NCBI RefSeq assembly: GCF_000315625.1
Contig: NW_005434631.1
Location: forward strand, 62,001 to 126,000
Length of the DNA stretch: 64,000 nucleotides
Direction of reading: 5' to 3'
Origin: Guillardia theta CCMP2712
Taxonomy: Eukaryota; Protista; Cryptophyta
The first letter of the stretch is position 1, and each line of letters opens with the position of its first letter. The position numbers were made by a program, and so were the translations under genes. The notes beneath the pieces are model-generated. The model had not been told where the DNA came from. It worked only from the letters and a program-made list of their open reading frames with translations, and ran no database searches. Positions 53,977 through 64,000 of this stretch are shown here, one piece after another.

Positions 53977-55300
53977 ATGAAAGAATTGTTTCAGATCTTC
54001 AACTGCCTTCTGTTTATCTCGCACATCAGTTTCGTTTCAGCTGCAACTTGTTCTGACCTTTTTGCGGTCGGAGATGCCCATGCATGTGCCGTCAATCCAC
54101 TTGGCCCAATCTTATGTTGGTAAACTTCTCCTCGAGCTACATCTCCTGATGTGACTGAAGCCATGCCCGATGCTGCAGGGGACGAGACATCTCTTCCGAG
54201 ACTCTCTCTCCGACGTCAGTCTCTCAGGTGTGCGTACAGCAATGGGATGATTCCGTGTTGTGACCTCTCTGGATGCCGCAGACCTACAGCGCCGGGACAG
54301 TCGCGAGGATCCGGTGCGGATCTGCGCTCACATGCGTTCAGTTCTCGACGGGAAGCATGCAATGCTGGGGACTCCAGGGAAATAACGAAACTTTCCCTCC
54401 CAGCCGGATCTACACGACGTTCGATCTTGGCTCGAGGCATGGCTGCGGGATTGAGAAGAGCACATCAAAGATATACTGCTGGGGGCTGACGGCAGATGGA
54501 CGGACCAACGCTCCGCAAGGAAGCTTTATCGCGGTTTCGAGCGGAGCCGGTCACAACTGCGCCATCATGTCCAACTACTCGATTATCTGCTGGGGATTCA
54601 ACCCGTACGTGCGTTGCTGTATGGTAACAAAGTCCTTACTGCATTCAAGATACGGACAAGCCAACTCCTTCGATTCAGCAAGTGGCTTGCCATCTAGGAC
54701 AGCTTTCATCAAGGTACACTTGCTCTTGCTGTTTGCAACGGTTTGTGACGCCTCCTTGAGGTCTCTGCTGGGCTCTCACACACCTGCGGCATATTGAAGG
54801 ATAGCACGTCCACCACGCAAGGGAATGTCGTGTGTTGGGGACATGACAACTTCGGTCAGTCGTCAGGCTCTAAGACATACTCAACCACGTGATGTCCACG
54901 AAGGTGCTGAGCAACACTGACGGCCTCCACAGGAAGTTCACAGATGTGTCTGCTGGCATGCAGAACAGCTGCGGTGTTGCTGTGTCATATGGAGGACAAG
55001 CGAACAAAATGCTGTGCTGGGGCAACTCTGATACCGGGCAGAACAGCCCCACAGCGACTGAGACCTGGCAGAGCAGCTCGTAAGAAGGATGCGGAATCCT
55101 GCGCTAACGACGCTGAGTTCACGTGAAGGTGCGGAGACAGATTCTGCTGTGGGATAACACTTCGAGGGAGCATGCAATGCTGGGGAGACAATCAATACGG
55201 TACGATCCCCACCTCTTGCTCTGATATTTGATTTCATTCTCTTATCGCTTGGTTGCAGGCAGGACAACCCAGGTGCCCATCTTCCTGGTATGCTGATGGA
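53977..55300 (+). CDS. Secreted RCC1/BLIP-II beta-propeller repeat protein (spliced)
   Basis: Signal-peptide-like start MKELFQIFNCLLFISHISFVSA. Repeats GDAHACAV...CW, GSRHGCGI...CWG, GAGHNCAI...CWG, SAGMQNSCGV...CWG. The 3' end is approximate. Confidence 0.75.
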
Positions 55301-55307
55301 AACAGTA

Positions 55308-56381
55308 TCATACACCCATGCGTCCAAGTCGATTCCTCCTAGCGTTTCTTTGCCGCTTCTGTGATATCAACAAGCTGTGTCATTATAACTTGTAGCATCG
55401 GTTCGGCTCTGCTCACCTTCCTTGCTTCTTCGTCGTCATCGACCTGGGACTCAGGCTTCTTCACGATCTGCAAGGTCGTCACTTCTCCCTCAACAGCGTG
55501 CAGAAGGAACGTACCGGTGCCTTGTGCTTTCTCTTCGATTCCTCGTCGGAGCTCTCGGAGCTCATGTTCTGGCTCAATTCCTTCATCCTCTCCAATCGCC
55601 TGAGCTTCTCGTCAGCACCTGCGGGGAACGAGCACCTCCTCGCTCACTTCAGCTCTGCCAACTTTCTCTTCCTCTCCATCTCACGAGCTACACTCTGCCC
55701 CATGTCCCTTGCTTCCTTTCCTCGGATCTGTCCGATCTCTTTGCGTCGCTGGTGGTCCCACTCTCTGGCTCTGCAGAAAATCACAGTCAGGACCAGAGAA
55801 AAATTGAGCAGGCACGGGAGCACCTCTCAGCAGTCCCTACTACATCCTGTCCCTTGATGGCATCCTCGTTCTTCTCCATCCTGACGCACTTGACGTGCTC
55901 TCGAACGTACGGGCCCCTGGTGTCTTCCTTGGTCAGGCATTCCTTTGCTATCCGCAGCTTCTCGTATGCTTTCTCTGCCTTCTCTGCATCTTCGGCTGAC
56001 ATCCCTGCCAGTTTGTCGGGGTGGCAGTATCTTGTCAACTTTCTGTATGCTCTGTTGACGTCGTCTTCTGTCATATCCCAAACAGCTCTTCCTAGCAAGT
56101 CCAGGTGAGGAGGAGGGAGTTTGAGGGCCTGCAAGAGGGATGGATCAGCGCTGCTCAAGTCTCAACATGACTGATGTACCTGGAAGTGATCAGGAGACTT
56201 GATGATGCTCTCAATCTCTCCCATGAGGCGATCGTTGGCCGACTGTGACCGAAACATTCAGAGGGCGATGTCAACAAGGTCTGCTGAGTACCTGAGGTTC
56301 TTTCGCTTCACCCTTCCCCGTGCCTTCTTCCGTCCCTTCTCCCACATTCCCATTGGTAGGTTCCTTGACCTCATCAGCCAT
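55308..56381 (-). CDS. DnaJ/J-domain protein (spliced)
   Basis: VNRAYRKLTRYCHPDK...AEKAYEKL; proposed ATG at 56381 (MADEVKEP), charged C-terminus. Ends inferred. Confidence 0.78.
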
Positions 56382-57029
56382 TGCGAACCTCTTTGTAAGA
56401 ACTTTCTGGAAGCGAATAAAGCCTTCTGCAAAAGTGTTTTTCTCCCTTCGTCAACGGCAGGCTGAAAGGACCGGTCTCAGATTGTCAGGAGCTTCTGGCT
56501 TCGAAGCAACCTTGTTCTGAGGATCTGTGCCCGTCGAACTTGGTTGTTCTCAACCTCTCCTCCTGCTCCTCTCCCTCTACGTTACCTTTGCCTTCGCTCG
56601 CCTCCCCTTCCTACCCTGAGCTCCTTCCAAACCTTCGAACCGGAATGCACGCCCGACCACCGTCCCCTTTTCGTGCATGTCCCAGTGTATACCCCTACCC
56701 CCTTTGTATCCTTAGTTTTGATATCATTTATATATCTACCACCCCTCTTTTCTCATCACCCACCCTACTTTCCAAAGCAGGGGACTTGGTTTGGTGCTTC
56801 CTAGACCAACTAAAATAAGGTTTTAATTACTACCAAGATCGAAAACTACAGGGAAAGATCAATATTATTTTAAACATGTTTTATTATTTAGAATGAATTG
56901 ATTCATATCAGTATTGCAAAAATTCATATTACAGTTGAAAATATATCAGAACTATAGATCAAATACTGTAATAGTAGAAATTAAAATACTTATAAGTTTG
57001 TACAGTGAGTGGGTTGAGGCCGGTGCGCA

Positions 57030-58120
57030 ATGCTCGCGTCGGAGGCGCTACTGCTGCAGAGGAGGAGAGAGGAAGCGCTGGAGGAGGGGAGAAGAGAGTT
57101 CCTCCTCTTCAGCTCTGATCATCCTCACGAACCTGCTCAACATGTGAGGGGAGGTAGAAGGCGAGCATGTGCAGTAGTGATACAGGCCTTGTTCGAACTA
57201 GGGAGAGGGGAGGAGGCGGAAGACTTCACTCTGCAGGGCTTCTGTCCTGATGGATCGTCCAAGTGCTTTGGCCAGATTCCTCCTGTTCTTGTTGAAGTTC
57301 TATACAAGCTCAGAAAGTTCCTTGATGATGGTCGCACGGAACGAGCAGGAAAGCTCTTGCAATCGTTCTTCGATACCTACTCTCGGGAAGGGACGCCACA
57401 GGAGCAGCAGGAAGACAGAGAAGTGCTAAGCCGGCTAGCTCAGTATTATTTGCTCGAGGTTGTAGCAAAGGAGCAGGTATGTCCTCTTGACCAACCTTGA
57501 TGCCCATCCTGAGATTGACTACTGACTTTGATGTGATCAGGGAAGCAGTGCTTGCAAAGCTCACCTGCCTCGACTTGAGGCTTTTTTGAGCGAGCATGCG
57601 AAGCAAAAGGTCAAGGACGCACTTGAGGACAAGGTCGTCATCGATCCTACTGCCTTGCATCACATCTGAGAACTCAAACAGGAGAATTCTCCCGCTCACA
57701 GGATCGAACAGCAGGCAGATACGCCGGTGCAGGAGGAAACAGGTGCGAACACAGATCCTCTCTGCTCACGCTCGCGTTCCTTCATCTTGTTTATATTCCT
57801 TTATGCTGCATCCTCTGCTGAGAGTTTACTTCGCGCTCAGTCGCTCAGGATCCCCACAAGAGAGAACCTGTTCTTCAGGTCGATGGTCAGGACCAGGCGC
57901 CTGCCCCACGAGCTGTCCAGCAAGCCACGAGTTCAACCCGCAGACCGCGGGAGGACGAGGCATTCTCTTCATGCTCAACTGATAGTTGCATGACCCTCTC
58001 TCCAGGAGAAAGCCGGTGCTGCGGGGCTGTCGTTGCTTGCCAGGATGTCGTCCAAGGTGCTCGTGCGCGGGCTCTTACCTTCGTTGCTCGTAGCCCTCTT
58101 GATGTCATTCTTACGGTGAG
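57030..58120 (+). CDS. Hypothetical spliced protein, weakly PEX26/APEM9-like
   Basis: AVVIQALFELGR segment and a hydrophobic C-terminal tail (GLLPSLLVALLMSFLR). The family call is tentative. Confidence 0.35.
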
Positions 58121-58141
58121 ATCATAGTCTTCGAGCAAGCT

Positions 58142-58199
58142 CTGACTGACTGACTGACCGACTGACTGACTGACTGACTGACTGACTGACTGACTGACT
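58142..58199. repeat. (CTGA)n microsatellite
   Basis: Seen directly between convergent genes. Confidence 0.95.
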
Positions 58200-58399
58200 C
58201 CCTGCTGCTGCACGTAGGAGCCCGCAAGTTCGGAAAAGAATCCGGGTTACGTTTGAGAAGAACGGCAAACTGTGGACACCGCTTGCCGCTGTCTTCTCTT
58301 TCTTCTTCTTCTTCATCTTTGCACTTTAGACCCTATCAAACCGATTCTTTCAAGAAATATTCAACTTTTATTTCATCACGTAACATATGTTGTCATCGA

Positions 58400-61300
58400 C
58401 TAGTCACTGAGCTGCATCAGCAGCGCTGCCCCTCTCTTGATCCAGTGACTCTCCGGCTTCTCACTGGGGATCACGATGGGACAGACGAAGTTGGATGAGT
58501 GACCGGTCGTTGCAAGCACTCCTCTGCGCGCTGCTGTGTTATAAAGGGGAGCGACGTAATACCCCGAGGCTATCAGGTCTCCGTTCTCGTCCCTCCTCTC
58601 TTCCCGCCACGTGCATTGCTTCGGAGTCATCTCGGCTGGCCGGAACCAGAAGATCGGCATGACGGCGAAGAGAACCTTAGGCTCCGACTCGTCCAGGATA
58701 TGCTTCTCCTTGTTCCACCTGCAGCCCTCTGCGAACATGCCGCTGACGTATACGCCGTCTTCAGGAGGAGAGCTGTACGTCTCCTCCTGCATCACCAGGT
58801 GCTCGAAGCTCAGAGTGTCGACAGGGATCGTGTACTTCCTTGCGAAGTTCTGCATCGCTCCGGTCATGAAGGCGTGCACGAAGAAGAAGCCCGACAGCCA
58901 GAAGACAGGCGGCTGGTGCGTGTCGATCCACTGCTGGAACATGGTGATCCTTGCCAGCAGATCGGTGAGGAAACCTCCCAACGGCTTCAGCGAGGGATAC
59001 GATTTCTTGGCCCACAGGGCAGGGACCTTGTTGGTGTTGAGAGCGATCTGGACCTGCTCCAGGTCGGCAGACATGACTATCAGGCCCTTGAGAGCCTTGC
59101 GGAGGTTGACGAGGGAGGACCGGATCACATCGATCAGCGAGTTGTAACGGATGAGCTCCTGCGCGAGGACAGTGTTCATGCTCTCCTCGAACTTGATGGG
59201 AAACTTCTTGAGGGTCTTCTCTCGGTCGAAGGCGTGCGGCAGCTTCTTCAGCATCTCCTCTGCAAGATGATCCAGAGTGTCGCCCTGCGATCCCCCGCTC
59301 GTCCCCCCCCCCGACGCGTTCCCGGACTCGGTCTGCAGCACAGTGTCGCAGAAATAGTTGGTTTCCTGCTGGTCCTTGGTGATGTCGGCGTTCTCGTGGA
59401 GGCCGAAGATCTCAGGCTGCTGGGTCAAGGGGAGCTGCAAGGTGAAGTCGATCAGCTCCTCGTAGCTCGGTGTGCCGGCAGCGCAGCGGTAGATGCCTGA
59501 CGGCGAGAACTTGTACTCGTCTTCGAACAAGTGCGGGTTGTAGAAGTCAGCGAGCGCGCAGAGGAGATACCTCCTGTCCTTGTCGTCGGTTACTCTCCCT
59601 CCATAGTTGCACTCGCCGATGAGGTAGTTGAGAGCTTTGAACTGATCCTCCTCGTACTCGTCCAGCATCATCTTGGTCTGTCGGATGCTGATGGACATGT
59701 CGCCGGCGGTGAACTCGTAAGGGATGTTCCAGCCCAGTGGACCGAAGCTCCTCCTCTCCTGGATCAGAGCATGGAAGAACACGAGAGCTGCGGCATCAAG
59801 TCAGGAGAGGGGAGCGCAAACAAGAGCCGGGCATACCGTAGCACAACTTGACCCACTTCTGTGGCTTCTTGCAGGAGTTGAAGAACTCCTCGTTGGCGAT
59901 CGGGTCGGAGAGCAGCGATCCCTTGACGTTGAGTCGGATCCCCTTGGCCGGCTCGTTGGTCATTTTGATGCCGTTCTGCAGCACTGAGACCGGGAATACG
60001 TCGGAGGGGTAGCTCGTCAGCCACAGCCGGAACTCTCTGTTGGCCGTGTCCGGCTTGAACTCCTCGCAGATCCTCTCGAGCGAGGTCATCCAACTGCCGT
60101 ACACGTGGCAGTTCTGCAGCACCACCCACCCGCCGGTCTCGTAGTACTCCTGGATGAACTTGGCGGCGGAGGGGCCCTGCCCTTGCCCGAGGGAGATGAC
60201 TTTCATCCGCTCGCTGAAGCCCTTCTGATCCGCGAGCTTGAAGAGGGCGGCGTTGGGATCAGCCCCAGCAGAGAGGATGAAGATGAGAGGGGAGCAAGGG
60301 TTGGAATCCTCAAAGCATGCTGAGAGATCGAAGGGGGGGGGCTCAATGAACTTTTGACCCATCTCCTTGGCGACAAACAGCATGACGGCTGGAACAATCT
60401 TGTCAGGTCTGATGCATCGCATAACCATCAGTCTAGTGAAGGAAGAGCAATCCTTCCATGTCCCCGGGAACTCGTAGTTGAACGGCTCAGCCGACTCGAA
60501 CATGTTCTTCCATTCTTTCTCGTGCTCATCTACCGACTGCTTGAAGCCAGCGCCTTGCTCCAAGTCGGAGAAGCGAATTATCTCACCCCAGCTCTTGTCG
60601 GAGAGCCACGAGCTGTGGCGATTTGCTTCGACTTCCCCTACAGCCACTCCTCCTGTCAGCAGGAACTTCAGCTCGGAGTCGTGAATCTTTCCTTCCGCTG
60701 CCATCATCCGCGTGCACAGGAGAAAGGAGAAGATCAGCTTGTCCTTCTCAAAGAGCGACCTGCACACCATCTTGTACAAGAAGTAAGTGAAATGCTCGTA
60801 GAGGTTCTTCAACCGTTGCTCCAAATCACTTGACGGCTGACTTTCTTGGATGGCTTGGATAAACAACCCCACGTACCATGTCAGAGAATATTGATACATC
60901 GGCTCGATGTTTGCAAGAGCTGAGACTGCAAAGAATAAGATGGACGACCGCCAGGCAATGTCCGTGTAGCCTGCCCTCGCCTCGTCGATCTGCCTCTCAG
61001 TTTGATCAGCAATCTTCTGTTTCTCTTCGATATCTGTGGCGATTATCTTGGCATCCTTGAGTACTTGAATGCCTTCTTCGTTCTCCAGGATGTTGCCTTC
61101 AGCAGATAACACTTCCAGAATCTTATCTTCCGTCTCTTTCAACTTCCTTTTGTTTTCAGCGCTCTGTAGAATGAGAGCATTCTTCTCCTCTTCAAGTTCA
61201 GGCCGCTCCCTTGCCACCACAATACCAAGGAGCTGATCTTGCAGTCCATCCTGAGTGATCATGAAGTTCAGCAGCGTCACCTTGACGGCGATCTCTGGCA

Positions 61301-64000
61301 TGTAATGCGGATTGCTTAATTTGGTGGTGATGTAGAATCGAAAATCCTTGGAGTATTCAATGGTGGCATCCCCGAGTCGAATACAAGTGACTCCACCCTG
61401 TTTGAAGGTTTGCTTCAAGAGGAGAGGCTCCAGCGAAGGGTCTAGTTCCTCCAGCACATTCTCCAGCAGCACCGGGGCACCGAACTGAACTGAGTTCTCC
61501 AGCGTCCGGATGAAGTCTGAATCAGTCAACTTGACGATCTTGATGTTGTTGTTCTTCTCCATGTTCCTGAAGTACTTGTTCGCCTGTCCCTGCGGATCGA
61601 TACAGAGCGGCCACCGCCTTGCTGTCGACACCACGATCCCGTTCTCGACGGAGAAGGAGTCGGCTGGTAGTCCGAAGATCACCCAGTCCCTGATCTTGAC
61701 GGGATCGCCCAGCACAGACTCCAAGGAGAAGGTCTCGGAACGCGGCACCTCCTTCTCGGCCAGCCGCGATACCCACTCACGAGTGATTTCATCCCTGCAA
61801 AGCAAGTCAGCAAGGCAACAACGAGCAGACGAATGGACCTGTAGTGTCTCATGAAAGCCCCGAGGTATGCTACGTACCCGGACGATATCAGGACGTCTCC
61901 GGTCAAGTTGGTGTACACCACCTCCAAGTCCTCCGCCACTGTTGTCCACCTGCTTTTCTCACCTCCGAGCCCTGAGATCAACTGCTCAGCCCTTTCAAGC
62001 TTTATTTGGCACAAGGCCTCCTGCTCTTGCAGCTCTCTCGACTTTTGTGCACAGTCAGTGAGCTGATCTTTGAGCCCATTCAACTCGTCCACGACAACTT
62101 TCAGCGCCGACCTCTTCGCATCAAGATCCTTCATCGCTTCCGACAGCTCCGCCTCTGCTTGAGCAAGCTTCTCCTTCTTGGGAGCGACGATCTTTGCTAC
62201 CCTGTCGTACCCCTCCATGGCCAGGACCCACTTGCAGAGACCTTCTGCGGCACTGGAGGCCTTGGCTATCTGCTGGGGAGTGAAGTTTTCGTCGGGTTTG
62301 AACTCTTTCCTGATCCTCTCGATGACCTTAGTGGGGATGTGCTCCTTGTCGTACTCTCTCAGTGTTTGCAGCAGAGTTCCAGCTCCCAGCAGCTTCACTG
62401 CAGGGCTCCACCAGTCGTCGATCTTCGCACCGGGTTTGTCAGGGTCCGGCTTCTTGTCGGGCTTGATCTCGAGCATGACAAGCACAGCCTTCATCGCGAG
62501 CTGCACACCAGCGGGAGGTTTGCCCATAGCCTTGACGAGGTCGATGTCTTGCTTCTTGATGGTGTCCAGCGCCTTGAGCGCGTCGTTGAGGATCGGGATG
62601 GCCTCCGCCAGGTCGGCCTCGCACTCGTCCTTCACTTTCTTCACGTCTGCCGCCTGCTTAGCAGTCGCTTCCTCGTCTTTCTGAGCCACGGCCTTCTGAG
62701 CCTCCACCTCGGGCACCTTGGCCTCAACTTTCTCGGTGAGAGCCGCCGTGTCCTGCTGGGCCTTGACAAGGCCGGGCTGAAGGTCGAGCAGCTCTTGCTT
62801 CATTGAGCCCACAGACTCCTCGGCCAAGCTCAAGGCCTCGAGCCCCTTCTTGTACCTCTTGATCAGCATCGCCACGTTCTCTCGTTTCACCCCTAAGAGC
62901 GTCTTGTACGTGCTGATCAGCTCCAAGTAGGAGGTGGGAGTCATATAGTTCCTCCTCCTCGTCTCGGTGAAGAACTTCTCTGACATCTTGCGTGCGCTGA
63001 CATGCATCTCGATGCACATCTCGACGCACCTCTCGCGGACGTCCCCAGCCATCTCGACCTCCTGCAGGAAACGGGAGGCCACAGACTTGAGCGCGTCATC
63101 GGGCCATATAGTGAACCAGTCGATGGTGCAGCAGTTGACGAGGGAGGGGAACTGTCTCAACCTGCTCCTGAAGGCTTCTCCGATGGGACTGAACGCCAAG
63201 ACAACGTGCAGGTTCGACTTGCATCGGTCGATGAAGAAAGCCCAGGCCTCAGCTGGGGTGTTCAAAGTTTTGCCTTGCTGCTTTGCCGCTGGCCTCACCT
63301 TCTCTCCCAGCGTCGCCTTTTCGTCCGACGCAAAGAGGTTTGGAACCTCTGCCGTGTTTAGCAAGTTGTTAATGTCTTCCACGAAGGACTCATATTTGAT
63401 CTGACTATCTGTAAAGAGGAATGTGGTTGATTTTCCGTCTCCTCCTGCAGTGGAAAGCAACTTCTTCAAGTCTTCTCTCCATTCGTTCTTTCCATACGTC
63501 TTTGATATCTCAATCTCAACAACTGTGAAGTCCATTATGAATGAGGCTAGTCGTGTGCAACTTTGTCGACCGCTCCCTCCGATGCCAACTAGCAACGCAT
63601 TTCCACCAGGGCTGCGCAAGACTCTGCAAACCCTGCTGATATGCTCAATCATGAACAAGAACAGAACAAGTTGCATGGGCTTCTTGCTTATCACGTTGTA
63701 GTCATCCAGAAACGTGTTGCACACCTCGATAGCTTTCTGCGGATCAGGAACTTCTGCATAACCTCCCTTGCCATCTGGGCCGCAGAAATCAGTGAAGATG
63801 AGTCTACGCATCTGTGGGATTCCAACAACGCCTTCATCTGCTTCTGTCATCAAGTGCTCCATCATCTTGTTCAGGTCCAAGCTCCAATTCTTTTTCAGAA
63901 CTTCCCTGATGTATTGAATCAACCACTCGCGGTCTGCATCATCGTTGAGCCTGTCATAGTAGACTCGTAAGATCTCATGAACCCACAACCTTGCAACTTG
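58400..64000 (-). CDS. Axonemal (inner-arm type) dynein heavy chain, C-terminal part; 5' part outside the window
   Basis: AAA4 GNALLVGIGGSGRQS, stalk/MTBD, AAA5 RWPLCIDPQGQA, AAA6 SLGQGQG...WVVLQNCH, and C-terminus STGHS-like TTGHSSNFV...HWIKRGAALL. Short introns near 61.8 kb and 59.8 kb. Confidence 0.95.

Overview
The window comes from a eukaryotic nuclear genome. The flanks (1-~13.8 kb and ~53.7-64 kb) are GC-richer host DNA with short spliceosomal introns. They encode a BTB protein, IFT139/TTC21B, an RCC1-repeat protein, a J-domain protein and an axonemal dynein heavy chain. The host is therefore a flagellated protist; a cryptophyte such as Guillardia is my guess from gene style only. Between the flanks lies a ~40 kb AT-rich, essentially intronless, gene-dense block that reads as an endogenous giant-virus (Nucleocytoviricota-like) segment. 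It encodes an EsV-1-7-repeat nuclease, a frameshifted DEDDh exonuclease, ParB, T5orf172, an AEP primase fused to a UL9-like helicase, a CoiA-like nuclease, IDWxxLSxNP-repeat proteins, a HECT E3 ligase and an R-S-ExE ADP-ribosyltransferase. The most notable content is a very divergent single-chain histone quadruplet (H2B-H2A-H4-H3, 48321-49400), a separate H2B-H2A doublet (34158-34670) and a chromodomain-like protein; all three share an upstream AAAAATGA motif. The block also carries several non-coding repeat systems: a 52-bp palindromic tandem array beside a second, divergent AEP-like gene; a structured ~130-nt element family; 15-bp inverted-repeat cassettes; and a five-member small-ORF family with flanking direct repeats. 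A short GC-rich island with an IFI27-like gene interrupts the block. No capsid, PolB or integrase gene was recognised. All family calls are by-eye motif recognition; no searches were run.
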